Source of the DNA: Deltaproteobacteria bacterium
GTDB taxonomy: Bacteria > Desulfobacterota > GWC2-55-46
Assembly: GCA_019912665.1 (NCBI GenBank)
Contig: JAIOIE010000021.1
Location: 135,679 to 199,678 of the forward strand
Reading direction: 5' to 3'
DNA: 64,000 bases
Shown here: in pieces, positions 54,592 to 64,000 of the stretch
Position numbering within the stretch: position 1 is the first letter of the stretch
Layout: every line of letters starts with the position of its first letter
Notes under the pieces: generated by a model
Database searches by the model: none
What the model was told of the DNA's origin: nothing
The model's input: the letters and a program-made list of their open reading frames with translations, nothing else
Made by a program: the position numbers and the translations under genes

Positions 54592-57162
54592 ATGGGGAGC
54601 GAAGCGCGAAACGACGGCCTCGGCGAATACCGCCGGAAGCGCGATTTCAGCCGCACCCCCGAGCCCGAAGGCCAAGTCGCCGAAGGCCCGGCGGGCGTAT
54701 TCGTCATCCAGAAGCATTCCGCACGAGCCCTCCATTACGATTTCCGTCTCGAACTCCACGGCACACTTAAAAGCTGGGCTATCCCCAAAGGCCCTTCCCT
54801 CAATCCCGAAGACAAGCGACTTGCGGTGCATGTTGAAGACCACCCGCTTGAGTACGCCGGTTTCGAGGGAGTCATCCCGAGAGGAGAGTACGGCGGCGGG
54901 ACTGTAATCGTTTGGGACAGGGGCTTTTGGCTGCCCGAAGAAGACCCGAACAAGGGACTTCAAAAAGGAGCGATGAAATTCATCCTTTCCGGCAAAAAGC
55001 TCCGGGGCAGGTGGGCGCTCGTGAGGCTTAAACCACGCGCGGACCAGACGGAGGAAAAGGACGAATGGCTCCTTATCAAGGAAGCGGACGGAGAGGCCAA
55101 CGTCACGGGCGATATAACGGCTGAAAGGCCGGAGAGCGCCGTAAGCGGGAGGACTATCGAAGAGGTCGCGGCGCTTCCCGAGGGCATATGGGGCGGCAAG
55201 GAGAATGCAGCCAGGGTTCTACCGTCCGAAGCGCAATACCGGAAAAAGCCCATGCCCGGAATGATGCGGCCCGCGCTCGCCACCCTGGTCGATGCGCCGC
55301 CAGCCGGTGAAGGATGGCTCCACGAGCTCAAATACGACGGCTACAGGATACTCGCGAAGATACGGGAAGGCAGCGTCCGGCTCATCACCCGTAACGGGAA
55401 CGACTGGACGGATAAGTTCCCGTCCATAGCCGGGGCGCTCTCCCGGCTTCCATTTGATGGGGCATGGCTCGACGGCGAGGTCGTATCCATGGGCGAGGAC
55501 GGACGAACGAGCTTCGAAGGCCTCCAGCACGCGCTCGCCATGAAGAGCGACGAGGGACTCACATACATGCTCTTCGACGTACTCTATTACAACGGCTATT
55601 CCCTTGAAGCCGCGCCCCTTTATGAAAGGAAGCTCCTCGTGGAGTCTATACTCAAATCCGAGAGGGCCGACAAGAGGCTCCTCCGTTTCAGCGGCCATGT
55701 GGAGGGCAAGGGCCCTGAGTTCTTCGAGCACGCCTGCGCCTACAGGATAGAGGGAATAATCTCTAAAAAGAGGGACGCGCCCTATGTGGAAGGGCGGTCC
55801 ATGTCGTGGCTCAAGGTGAAGTGCCTCTTAAGGGACGAGTTCATCATAGGCGGATACACGGAGGCCGGAGACGGGAGGAGGACAGGTTTCGGCGCGCTCC
55901 TCATAGGCGCATACGCCCCTGATGGAAAGCTCATCTACTACGGAAGGGTCGGGACGGGCTTCAGCGAACGGTCCATATCCGAGGTCTGGGAGCGCCTTAA
56001 GCCGCTTGAGACGCCGGAGCCTCCGTTCCATCACCCGCCGTCAGGTGCAGAGGCAAAAGGCGTGCACTGGGTAAGGCCGGAACTCGTTGCGGAAGTGGAA
56101 TACAGGCAGCGGACTGCGGAAGGCGTATTGAGGCACGCATCTTTCCAGGGCCTCCGGGAGGACAAGCCCGCAAGCGAGGTGGTCTCCGCGGACCCGCTCC
56201 GGGCAAAAGAGGCCGTGGGGCCGACTGAAGAAACGCTCGCCCCGCCGCCATCCATCGAGCCGGGGCCTGCCAGGATAATAAGGAGCGTCCGCGTAACAAA
56301 CCCCGGCCGGGTCTTTTACCCGGAGGAAGGGTACACGAAAGCCGACCTCATAAACTACTATGAAGCGGCCGCTCCTCTTATGCTCCCGCATCTTGCAGGG
56401 AGGCCCCTTACGCTCGTTCGCTGCCCCGACGGCATCGGAAAGGAATGCTTCTTCCAGAAGCACTCGGTCAATACCATTCCTTCGGAACTGAAGCGGATCG
56501 CCCTTGCCGAGAACGACGGCACGCAAGCCGAGTACCTGATGGTGGATACGCCAGAAGGCCTCGTGGCGCTCGCCCAGATAGGCGTGCTTGAAATTCACAC
56601 ATGGAACAGCCGCCATGTGAAAGTCGAGTACCCGGACAGGCTCGTCTTCGACATAGACCCTGACGAGGGGGTCGGATGGGACCGGCTTGTTGAGGCCGTC
56701 TTCCTCATGCGGGCGCTCCTTGAGGAGCTTGGATTAAAGAGTTTTGTCAGGGCTACCGGGGGCAAGGGGCTCCATGTCGTGGTCCCGGTCCTTCCGGTAA
56801 GGGACTGGGATGAGATAAGGGATTTTACCAGGGCTGTTGCGGAGTTCGTGGCCCGTGGCCTTCCGGACAGATTCACCTCCATGATGACGAAATCCAGAAG
56901 GGCCGGGAGGATATTCATCGACTACATGAGAAACATAAGGGGCGCAACCGCCATAGAGGCCTATTCGACCAGGGCCAAGCCGGGCGCTACAATCGCCGCG
57001 CCCCTCGGCTGGGACGAGCTCATGCTCTACGGGCCGGGCTCCTTTACGCTTGCCAATATGAAAGAGCGCATAAGGGAAGCCGGGAACCCCTGGGAAGGAT
57101 ACATGAACGTTAAGCAGCCTGTGACGATCGAGATGGAAGAGAAGATAGGGCTCCGGCGCTAA
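54592..57162 (+). CDS. ligD: Multidomain ATP-dependent DNA ligase LigD (phosphoesterase-ligase-polymerase)
   Basis: The 856-aa ORF has a PE domain (FVIQKHSARALHYDFRLE), a ligase domain with the KYDGYR adenylation motif, and a C-terminal primase/polymerase domain (LVFDIDP...ATGGKGLHVVVP). Confidence 0.93.
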   Translation: MGSEARNDGLGEYRRKRDFSRTPEPEGQVAEGPAGVFVIQKHSARALHYDFRLELHGTLKSWAIPKGPSLNPEDKRLAVHVEDHPLEYAGFEGVIPRGEYGGGTVIVWDRGFWLPEEDPNKGLQKGAMKFILSGKKLRGRWALVRLKPRADQTEEKDEWLLIKEADGEANVTGDITAERPESAVSGRTIEEVAALPEGIWGGKENAARVLPSEAQYRKKPMPGMMRPALATLVDAPPAGEGWLHELKYDGYRILAKIREGSVRLITRNGNDWTDKFPSIAGALSRLPFDGAWLDGEVVSMGEDGRTSFEGLQHALAMKSDEGLTYMLFDVLYYNGYSLEAAPLYERKLLVESILKSERADKRLLRFSGHVEGKGPEFFEHACAYRIEGIISKKRDAPYVEGRSMSWLKVKCLLRDEFIIGGYTEAGDGRRTGFGALLIGAYAPDGKLIYYGRVGTGFSERSISEVWERLKPLETPEPPFHHPPSGAEAKGVHWVRPELVAEVEYRQRTAEGVLRHASFQGLREDKPASEVVSADPLRAKEAVGPTEETLAPPPSIEPGPARIIRSVRVTNPGRVFYPEEGYTKADLINYYEAAAPLMLPHLAGRPLTLVRCPDGIGKECFFQKHSVNTIPSELKRIALAENDGTQAEYLMVDTPEGLVALAQIGVLEIHTWNSRHVKVEYPDRLVFDIDPDEGVGWDRLVEAVFLMRALLEELGLKSFVRATGGKGLHVVVPVLPVRDWDEIRDFTRAVAEFVARGLPDRFTSMMTKSRRAGRIFIDYMRNIRGATAIEAYSTRAKPGATIAAPLGWDELMLYGPGSFTLANMKERIREAGNPWEGYMNVKQPVTIEMEEKIGLRR

Positions 57163-57174
57163 GCTGAAATGGAA

Positions 57175-57199
57175 AAAGGCCGGAGGTCATCCGGCCTTT
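57175..57199. terminator. Bidirectional terminator between ligD and slyD
   Basis: AAAGGCCGG-AGGTCAT-CCGGCCTTT forms a 9-bp stem with A/T runs on both sides. Confidence 0.6.
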
Positions 57200-57234
57200 C
57201 AAGCCCTGAAGAGTTTTCGAAACCAAAATCAAGG

Positions 57235-57669
57235 TCAGTGGCGGACTATGTCGACCAGCTTGACCTCGAAGTTCAGGTCCTTTCCGGCAAGAGGATGGTT
57301 CGCGTCAAGGTATATTTTCTCGTTCGTGAGCTTCACGACCTTCACGATGGTCGAGCTGCCGTCGTCCTGGGTTATCTGGAGCTGCATGCCCTCCTCAGGG
57401 TCGATATACGGGGGTATCTGGTTCCTGTCGACTTCGAGAATGAGCTCGTCCATGTACGGCCCGTAGGCCTCATGCGACTGTATGTGCAGCTGCTTGGTAT
57501 CTCCGGGGTTCATGCCCACGATGGCCTGCTCGAAAGCGGGTATGAGCATGCCCTCCCCGATCACGAACTGAAGCGGGTCCCTGCCATCGGACGAATCAAA
57601 CCTTGTGCCGTCCTCGAGAGTGCCGGTGTAGTGGACCTTTACGATGTCGCCTTGCTTTGCCTGTGCCAT
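57235..57669 (-). CDS. slyD: FKBP-type peptidyl-prolyl cis-trans isomerase (SlyD-like)
   Basis: MAQAKQGDIVKVHYTGTLEDGTRFDSS... shows an FKBP fold with an insert-in-flap region. The ATG at 57669 is preceded by GGGAGGGG, whereas the ORF track starts at 57729. Confidence 0.85.
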   Translation of the reverse strand: MAQAKQGDIVKVHYTGTLEDGTRFDSSDGRDPLQFVIGEGMLIPAFEQAIVGMNPGDTKQLHIQSHEAYGPYMDELILEVDRNQIPPYIDPEEGMQLQITQDDGSSTIVKVVKLTNEKIYLDANHPLAGKDLNFEVKLVDIVRH

Positions 57670-57923
57670 CTTCCCCTCCCGAAGCTTCTTTTTTATATAC
57701 AAGGAGCGCGCAATAACCCTGCCTGGCACGGCCGTTCAGGCTATAAGCGTATCCTTCCATGCTCCTCGGCCTTTACGCTTCCATACTTGACTCTAACCAC
57801 CGGCCTAAGCACTGTCAAGGGCCTTTGGTCCGGTTTCAGCGTAAATTCAAGGCCATAGGGTCACAAGCCTACCAGATGAAAGACCGTGATTCAACCAAAA
57901 ACAGAAAAAAAACGGCAGCGACT

Positions 57924-59435
57924 CTAAAAGCCCCGGCTTACCCTCGTCCAGAGGACCCCGTTACCGCAGTTATCCTTCTCAAGCCCCGCTCCGATTGAAA
58001 AAATGAGGTCTTCGCCCAAAATCGTCAGGTCCGCCCCGTACCATTCACGCATATTCCGGTCCCCGTGTATATTCAGGCGCTCGAAATCGGCCTCAAGGCC
58101 GACGATGCCGCCTGCCATGTGATAACGCGCCCGGAAGAAAAGGTCTTTCGAGTCCCCTCCCATATGATGGCCTATTACCCTGCCCCGGTAAGTGTAGCCG
58201 CTCGTGTAAACGCCGTGCGAATACCAGAGCGGCCCGTATCTTTCGCTGAGGCCGGTATTCGCGTACTCGGCCCTCAGGTCAAGCCCATCGATACGGAGCG
58301 GCCCGTCAAGAAGGAGCCCGTACATGAGCGCCCGGCCGGACGGGGTCCTGCTTCCCGACGAGTCCTCCGCGCCCAGCTCTCCGTAAAGCCTCACGCCTGA
58401 GAAAGGGATGAACTGGTTACCTTCGTTCACATATACGAAAGACGCGTCGATAGAGACGATCTGGTTTCCGTTTACGGGCGAATCCGAGTGCTCGGCGCTG
58501 TCTTTCGCGGTCAATACGTCCAGCCAGTCCCCGCCTGAAAGGGACTGCCTCCCCTTACCCCCGAACATGAAAACACGGCTTAGGCCTACCTGGAATGATG
58601 AGGAGGGCTTTATATCGAGCCTCATGCCGAGGAACTTCGCGTTTGGATAGTCCCTCTCCTTCTCAAGCCGGGCCAGAAAGAGAGTCGGCCTTAAAAGCCC
58701 GAGCCTCTTGAATTTCCAGGGTAGAAGAAAGGGGTGCGTCGAAGTCGCCTTGACCATGTCAAAGGCCCTTGCGTTGTTCGTCATGAGGAGGCTTCCGTGG
58801 AAGCCCGGGCCCCACCACATGTGGTCGCGCCCCGCGAGCATCTCGACCCCATGAAATCTCAACATCAGATAGCCCTCTTCGAGCTTCGTATCAGAGCTAT
58901 CCCTGCTGTATTCAGGGTTAAGGTGGAGAAGAAGATCTTCCCGGACGGCTGCGCTCGCCCTTATTCCGGCCATCATGTTCAGGCCGCCATTCAAATCCCT
59001 TCCGCTCCCGTTTACTGAAGGAAAAACCGGCTCCTTGTCCGAATAAAGCGCGTGGAAATAGGCCTCTTCCAGAGGCCTTATCTCGGCTCCTGCATGACTG
59101 CCCTGCAAATCGAACCGGAACTCTCTTTCAAGCCGTCTTACTGTCAACAGGGCGCTTCGGCCCAATCCGGGCCGCCTCTTAAGTTCCTCCGTAGCTTCCT
59201 CCAAAAGGCGCGCCGCTTCAAGCCTGCCGAAAGGGCGCGTAGAGAGTAACGCCGACCGGATAAGTCCTTTAACTTCAAGGAGTTCGAAATCCTCGTACAA
59301 CCGGCTCTCGACCGGTATATTGACCGGCGGCGCGGCAATGCACTCAGCCGCTGCAAGGGCCGCGATAGCCGCCATGATCAAAATGACTGTGGGTTTTAAA
59401 CCCCGGTTCCGGGGCTTTGGGAATGCATTTTTCAA
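57924..59435 (-). CDS. Wzi-like capsule assembly outer-membrane protein
   Basis: The 503-aa ORF has a signal peptide and an N-terminal YEDFELLEVKGLI motif typical of the Wzi family. The remainder is rich in beta-strand pattern. Confidence 0.6.
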   Translation of the reverse strand: MKNAFPKPRNRGLKPTVILIMAAIAALAAAECIAAPPVNIPVESRLYEDFELLEVKGLIRSALLSTRPFGRLEAARLLEEATEELKRRPGLGRSALLTVRRLEREFRFDLQGSHAGAEIRPLEEAYFHALYSDKEPVFPSVNGSGRDLNGGLNMMAGIRASAAVREDLLLHLNPEYSRDSSDTKLEEGYLMLRFHGVEMLAGRDHMWWGPGFHGSLLMTNNARAFDMVKATSTHPFLLPWKFKRLGLLRPTLFLARLEKERDYPNAKFLGMRLDIKPSSSFQVGLSRVFMFGGKGRQSLSGGDWLDVLTAKDSAEHSDSPVNGNQIVSIDASFVYVNEGNQFIPFSGVRLYGELGAEDSSGSRTPSGRALMYGLLLDGPLRIDGLDLRAEYANTGLSERYGPLWYSHGVYTSGYTYRGRVIGHHMGGDSKDLFFRARYHMAGGIVGLEADFERLNIHGDRNMREWYGADLTILGEDLIFSIGAGLEKDNCGNGVLWTRVSRGF

Positions 59436-60301
59436 GATTTGTCCGCGGCAGGCTTTCCGGAAGCGCGCTTGGACCTGAATTCGAGTAAGAAAGCGGCGGC
59501 GACCCCGGCCGCAAGGGAGAGCAGGAACCCTGTCTGCACTATCCTCCGCCTGTCTGGCGAGCTCTTCATGTCAGGCACCCTGGGCGGATCCACAACCTTA
59601 AAAGCGAAGCTCTCCTTCATCTCGGACATCATGGCCGTCTCCATCTGCTGGGCGATGAGGTTATATATCTTCTGCCTGATTATGGGGTCCTGGCTATTGC
59701 CGAGCTTCGCTTCAAGGTATGCCTTGTTCGCCAGGGCGACCCTCTTTGCCTCGGCGCTCATGTGGTCGGTCAGGGCTCCGACAAGGTGCTCTGCAATGTC
59801 CGCAGCAATACGCGGGTCGGTGTGCGTAGCAGAGAGGGTGATGGTATTGTCCTTGAGATCGCTCTTCACTTCGAGCATGGAATCGAGCGCCCTCAGCCCG
59901 TCCCAGGTTGTCGGCCCGCCATCGACGCCCTTCCCGCCCCGATCCCCGGTGAAAAGCCTTTGAAGGAGCCCGCGCTCCTCCAGGACGCGGGCGCGAAGGA
60001 GGTTCGACTTCAAGAGGCTCGTTATCTCGGCTGACGAGGCCGAGGCAGGGAGCGTTATGCCGGGTATGGAGCCGAACCGCTGAGTTATGGCGGAAACGCC
60101 AGCGCCCTGCTCGGCGCTCCTGCCGGCCGGCATTATGACGGCCCTCGACTCGTACATGTCGGGGATAGTGAAGGAGTAGACGAGAACCCCTATGGTCATG
60201 CCCGCCGACACCAGCAGGACGGCAAGCCTTCTTTTCCAGACGACCGCCCAATAATCGGCAAGGTCCAGCTCCCTTTCGCGCGCGTATCTCCCGGCCCGCA
60301 T
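59432..60301 (-). CDS. Wzz-like polysaccharide chain-length determinant protein
   Basis: LDLADYWAVVWKRRLAVLLVSAGMTIGVLVYSFTIPDMYES is a Wzz N-terminal pattern, and there is a C-terminal TM segment. The ATG at 60301 lies 1 nt after the upstream stop. Confidence 0.7.
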   Translation of the reverse strand: MRAGRYARERELDLADYWAVVWKRRLAVLLVSAGMTIGVLVYSFTIPDMYESRAVIMPAGRSAEQGAGVSAITQRFGSIPGITLPASASSAEITSLLKSNLLRARVLEERGLLQRLFTGDRGGKGVDGGPTTWDGLRALDSMLEVKSDLKDNTITLSATHTDPRIAADIAEHLVGALTDHMSAEAKRVALANKAYLEAKLGNSQDPIIRQKIYNLIAQQMETAMMSEMKESFAFKVVDPPRVPDMKSSPDRRRIVQTGFLLSLAAGVAAAFLLEFRSKRASGKPAADKS

Positions 60302-60302
60302 C

Positions 60303-62243
60303 CTAAACCACCCTCCCCTGCAATGTAAGCTCCTCAAGGCCCGCATCGGCCGTATGCTCGACATATTTTCTGAGTAGGCCTTTAAGCTCCTTGCCGCGGC
60401 CCGCCCCGCTCAAATGCGGCTCGAACTCCCCAAGTATCAGCTCTATCTCATGGAGGGAGTAGGAACCCGTGTTCCTCGATATGAGTATCTTTCTGTGGGC
60501 GCTCACCTTGAGGACCTCCTCATCCGTGAAGACCTCCTCATAGAGCTTCTCGCCCGCCCTGAGTCCCGTAAATTCTATGCCTATGTCCTTGTACGGCTCG
60601 AACCCGTTTATCCTTATGAGCTCTTCGGCGAGGTCCGCTATCCTTACAGGCTCACCCATGTCCAGAACCAGCACCTCGCCTCCCTTGCCGATGACCGCGG
60701 CCTGGAGGACGAGAGAGACCGCCTCGGATATGGTCATGAAATACCTTTTTATCTCCCTGTGGGTGACTGTAAGAGGGCCGCCGGATTTGAGCTGCTCCAT
60801 GAATATGGGCAGCACGCTACCCCGGCTCCCGAGCACGTTCCCGAACCTCACGGATATGAATGCGGTCCTCCCGGCGCCGAACGCGGCGCATATGTTCTCT
60901 GCCATCCTTTTGGTCGCGCCCATCACGCTTGAGGGCATCACCGCCTTGTCGCTCGATATCATTATGAACTTCCTGACCCCGCTCCTTGCGGCGGAAGCGG
61001 CCAGGACATGGGTGCCGAACATATTTACCCTTACCGCCTCCTCGGGGTTGTGCTCCATCATCGGGACGTGCTTGTAGGCGGCCGCGTGGAAGACTATCTC
61101 GGGCGCATAATTGCTGAAAACGCCCCTGACCCTCTCGGAGTTCCCGATGTCGCCCACGACGAAGACGAACCTGCCGCCCGCGCCGCCCTTCCCGCTAAAG
61201 TGCTGCGGGTAGGCCTTCTTGAGCCTGAGCTCCATCCTGTGTAGCTCGGTTTCGTCTATGTCGAAGAGCACTAGCCTCTCGGGCTGGAACGCGGCAACCT
61301 GCATGACGATTTCGGAGCCTATCGAGCCCCCGGCCCCTGTTACGAGCACTACCTTTTTTTTCAGGAACGCGCCGATGCTGTCGTTATCCACTTCGACCGC
61401 CTGCCTTCCAAGGAGGTCCTCTATTTTTATCTCCTCCAGGCCCTTGAGGCCCGGCCTCTCCTGGCGGAAGTCGTGTATCCGGGGTGCTAGCTTTATGGAC
61501 TCGACGAGGTCCTTGGCCGTCTCGTATATGGTTTTGAGCTCTTTTCCGCTCATGGAGGGGACCGCCACTATCACCTGCTCTATCTTTTTAGCCGTAATGA
61601 CTTCCTCAAGGTCTTCCGGCGCGCCGATGACCCTCACTCCGTGTATGGAGCTCCCGAGCTTGCTCCTGTCCCTGTCGATAAAGCCCACGGGAGCCCACCC
61701 CATTGTTTTCTGCCTGATTATGTCCCGGAGGATCATCTCGCCGGTGTCGCCCGCGCCGACGATAAGGGTCCTTTTTCCGTTTTTTCTGTTCCTTTTCCTC
61801 CGGAGCGCGTCGATGGTTATCCTCTTCGAGACCCTGAGGCATGAAAGGAACAATATGGAAAGCGCGGCGTCGATAGGAAAAACGCCCCTGGGCAAAGCTA
61901 CTTGAAAACCGCTGAAAGCTGGGGTGAAGAAGTGGATAATCCAGAAAAGCAAAGCCTCCGAGAGTACGGCCGCGCCAATAATCCTCATGAAATCCTCTAT
62001 GCCCGCGTACCTCCATGTCATACTGTAAATCCTGAAGAAACCGAGGAGAAGTAACTTCAAAAATATGAAGAGCGGTAGTGTACGCATGAATGCCGCATTG
62101 TGCTCAGGCCCCATCGCAAGATCCATCCGGAGCTGGAAGGCGAGCAGCAGCGCCGCGGAAAGCGCGAGGGCGTCCGTAATTAGAAAAAAAGCCACCCGTT
62201 TGGCCGGGGTCGGCTTGATTAGTTTTTTAATGGTTCTATTCAC
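60303..62243 (-). CDS. Membrane-anchored NDP-sugar 4,6-dehydratase/epimerase (CapD/WbpM/PglF-like)
   Basis: It has N-terminal TM segments and two Rossmann motifs (IVGAGDTGE, VTGAGGSIGSE). The GTG at 62243 forms a GTGA overlap with the upstream stop. The ORF-track start at 62441 lies inside the upstream gene. Confidence 0.85.
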   Translation of the reverse strand: MNRTIKKLIKPTPAKRVAFFLITDALALSAALLLAFQLRMDLAMGPEHNAAFMRTLPLFIFLKLLLLGFFRIYSMTWRYAGIEDFMRIIGAAVLSEALLFWIIHFFTPAFSGFQVALPRGVFPIDAALSILFLSCLRVSKRITIDALRRKRNRKNGKRTLIVGAGDTGEMILRDIIRQKTMGWAPVGFIDRDRSKLGSSIHGVRVIGAPEDLEEVITAKKIEQVIVAVPSMSGKELKTIYETAKDLVESIKLAPRIHDFRQERPGLKGLEEIKIEDLLGRQAVEVDNDSIGAFLKKKVVLVTGAGGSIGSEIVMQVAAFQPERLVLFDIDETELHRMELRLKKAYPQHFSGKGGAGGRFVFVVGDIGNSERVRGVFSNYAPEIVFHAAAYKHVPMMEHNPEEAVRVNMFGTHVLAASAARSGVRKFIMISSDKAVMPSSVMGATKRMAENICAAFGAGRTAFISVRFGNVLGSRGSVLPIFMEQLKSGGPLTVTHREIKRYFMTISEAVSLVLQAAVIGKGGEVLVLDMGEPVRIADLAEELIRINGFEPYKDIGIEFTGLRAGEKLYEEVFTDEEVLKVSAHRKILISRNTGSYSLHEIELILGEFEPHLSGAGRGKELKGLLRKYVEHTADAGLEELTLQGRVV

Positions 62244-63238
62244 ATTCCGCCTTCGGTCTGGCCCAGGACTCCGCCCCTCGGAGCGGCGGATTTTATCAAC
62301 CGGTACGCCGCCGCGAAAATAAATGAAAACACGATGAGCGCGCCCGGGAGGAGAAATCGGCCCGCGCTCATTGTAAAGGCGAGCAGGGCCAGGGCGCCGA
62401 TCAGGAACTGTACTGATGCGTAACCAAAAGAGACCTTCCAATGGGGGATGCCGAGCTCGTTCGCAAGGTACTGATAAAGATGACCCCTGTGCGCCCTGAA
62501 GATGTCCTCGCCCCTGGCCGCCCGCATGGCAACGGTCGTCAAGGCATCCGCGTAGAAGGTTACTAGGAATGCGGCAATACAGATAAAGGCCAGGGGCCCT
62601 GAAGCCATCTTGAGCGCGAGAGAGGCGAAAAGAAACCCCAGAAAGACGCTCCCGACGTCTCCCATGAAGACCCTGGCCCGGGGCGCGTTGAACGGAAGAA
62701 ATCCCATGCAGGCGAGCGCCGCTACAAGGCTAAGCGACAGGAACTCCGGGCTGAACAAAAAGGCGAAGGCCGAGAGGAGGCCGAAGGCGACGAGCCCGGA
62801 AGACCCGGCCATCCCATTTACCCCATCCATGAAGTTGTAGAAGTTGGCGGTGCCCGCTATGAAGACGGTCCACAAAAGGATTATCGAGACGTCTTTCACT
62901 GAACCGGACAAGCCCAGGGTGGACGCAGCCAGAAGGAAGGCGAGCCCAAGCTGCGCTACGAGCCTGAACTTTGCCGGTATTCCGAAGAGGTCTTCGAGGA
63001 ATCCTAAAAGGCCGATGGATACGAGGATCAGCGCAAAGGCGTAATCTCCTGAAAGAAAGGCCATTGCGCTCGCTGCCGCCACTATGCCCAGCCCCCCTCC
63101 CCTCGGAGTCGGCACGGAATGGGAGCTCCGTTCGTTGGGCCTGTCCGTGAGGCCGAGGCCGTTTCCAAACCTCTGTATCGCGATGGGCCCGGCTGCCCCG
63201 GCGATCAGGCCGGTTATCGCCATGAGAATTGTATTCAA
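62240..63238 (-). CDS. Polyprenyl-phosphate N-acetylhexosamine-1-phosphate transferase (MraY/WecA family, WbpL-like)
   Basis: The 332-aa polytopic ORF contains NFYNFMDGVNG and FMGDVGS motifs. Confidence 0.85.
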   Translation of the reverse strand: MNTILMAITGLIAGAAGPIAIQRFGNGLGLTDRPNERSSHSVPTPRGGGLGIVAAASAMAFLSGDYAFALILVSIGLLGFLEDLFGIPAKFRLVAQLGLAFLLAASTLGLSGSVKDVSIILLWTVFIAGTANFYNFMDGVNGMAGSSGLVAFGLLSAFAFLFSPEFLSLSLVAALACMGFLPFNAPRARVFMGDVGSVFLGFLFASLALKMASGPLAFICIAAFLVTFYADALTTVAMRAARGEDIFRAHRGHLYQYLANELGIPHWKVSFGYASVQFLIGALALLAFTMSAGRFLLPGALIVFSFIFAAAYRLIKSAAPRGGVLGQTEGGM

Positions 63239-63242
63239 CCGT

Positions 63243-64000
63243 TTAGGCTCTCCCCGCCCTCTCCCATGTCATTTTTTGCCTGCCTGAGACGGCCTTTACG
63301 AACCCGATAAACAGCGCGAGGTTCAGGTTGCAGAAATAAAATGGCGCGTGGAATAGAAAGGGGAGCTTCCCCTGCCCCCTGCCCAGAAATCCCAGAAGTG
63401 CCGCCGCGTAGAATACGGACTGCGCCGCGAAGGCGAGCCTGTAGACCTCTTTTTCAAGGAGCATCGCGTTAAGAACGAAAACGGCGGGCAATATGAACGG
63501 CGCGCCCCACCTGAAGACCCGGTGCGACCAGAATATAAAGGCGTGGAGCCCCAGGAAAGGGTTAAGAAGGCGCGAGAGATGCCATACCGCGATATAATGG
63601 CCTGCCCCGTCCCTCACATGCCGCCTGAACTCGCCCCGCACGCTCGCTGCCACGTCCTCGTAGACAAGGGCCCTCTCCTCGTAGACGCTTCTTCTACCCC
63701 GGGCCGCCACCATTGTCGGGATTACGAAGTCGTCGTTTACCGTGCCTTCCGGGGGCGTCTCGAATAATTCCTTTCTTATCGCGTAGGCGGCTCCGTTAGC
63801 GCCTGAGACGCACCCTAACCTGCTCTCGAACTTTTTAAGCCACGTCTCATAGCGCCAGTAGAAGCTCTCCCCTTTTCCGCTCACTATGCCTCCGGGATTC
63901 CTGTAGACGAGCCTCCCGGAGACGCACCCGACGCGCCTGTCTCCAAACGCCCCGGCAATGAGCCGGAGCGCGCTTTTTTCACATTCGGTATTCGCGTCCG
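63243..64000 (-). CDS. Family 2 glycosyltransferase, C-terminal part (gene continues beyond the right edge)
   Basis: The reading frame stays open to the window end (..GCVSGRLVYRNPGG..SGKGESFYWRYETWLK..GANGAAYAIRKELF). C-terminal TM segments are present. Confidence 0.75.
   Translation of the reverse strand, partial: DANTECEKSALRLIAGAFGDRRVGCVSGRLVYRNPGGIVSGKGESFYWRYETWLKKFESRLGCVSGANGAAYAIRKELFETPPEGTVNDDFVIPTMVAARGRRSVYEERALVYEDVAASVRGEFRRHVRDGAGHYIAVWHLSRLLNPFLGLHAFIFWSHRVFRWGAPFILPAVFVLNAMLLEKEVYRLAFAAQSVFYAAALLGFLGRGQGKLPFLFHAPFYFCNLNLALFIGFVKAVSGRQKMTWERAGRA

Overview
This is a GC-rich bacterial chromosomal segment. I found no rRNA genes, no CRISPR array and no prophage. Most of the left half is housekeeping on the minus strand. 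It carries the secD 5' part, yajC, tgt, queA, a SpoIID-like gene, two c-type cytochromes, rng, two paralogous TIGR03960-like radical SAM genes, and a complete dcw cluster (mraZ-rsmH-ftsL-ftsI-murE-murF-mraY-murD-ftsW-murG-murC-murB-ddl-ftsQ-ftsA-ftsZ) with a recognisable promoter and MraZ operator. The centre holds a TPR lipoprotein, a HAMP/class III cyclase, RNase P RNA, an RNase HI-family gene, a COG1579 zinc-ribbon gene, a tRNA(CAU), a REC-PilZ regulator and an orphan glyS. From about 39 to 51 kb the content is accessory-like. It includes heme proteins, small housekeeping enzymes, DUF1540, HD-GYP, a DUF2249-NifU fusion, and a radical SAM (SPASM/twitch-like) cassette with an overlapping 63-aa HeH + Cys-rich mini-protein and a YHS peptide. 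It also includes a beta-CASP MBL nuclease, a decayed REP-associated transposase (RAYT) flanked by REPs, and a sharply AT-rich single-gene island. A ybgA-photolyase-ku-ligD repair block, slyD and a surface-polysaccharide operon follow. Non-genic observations include a roughly 140-bp nested-palindromic MITE-like repeat (3 copies, two abutting stop codons). Two genes have conserved N-termini that demand a non-ATG/GTG/TTG start, both with GGAGG-N7-ATA. There are also several strong hairpins and palindromes. All protein family calls come from reading the translated ORFs, and no database search was run.
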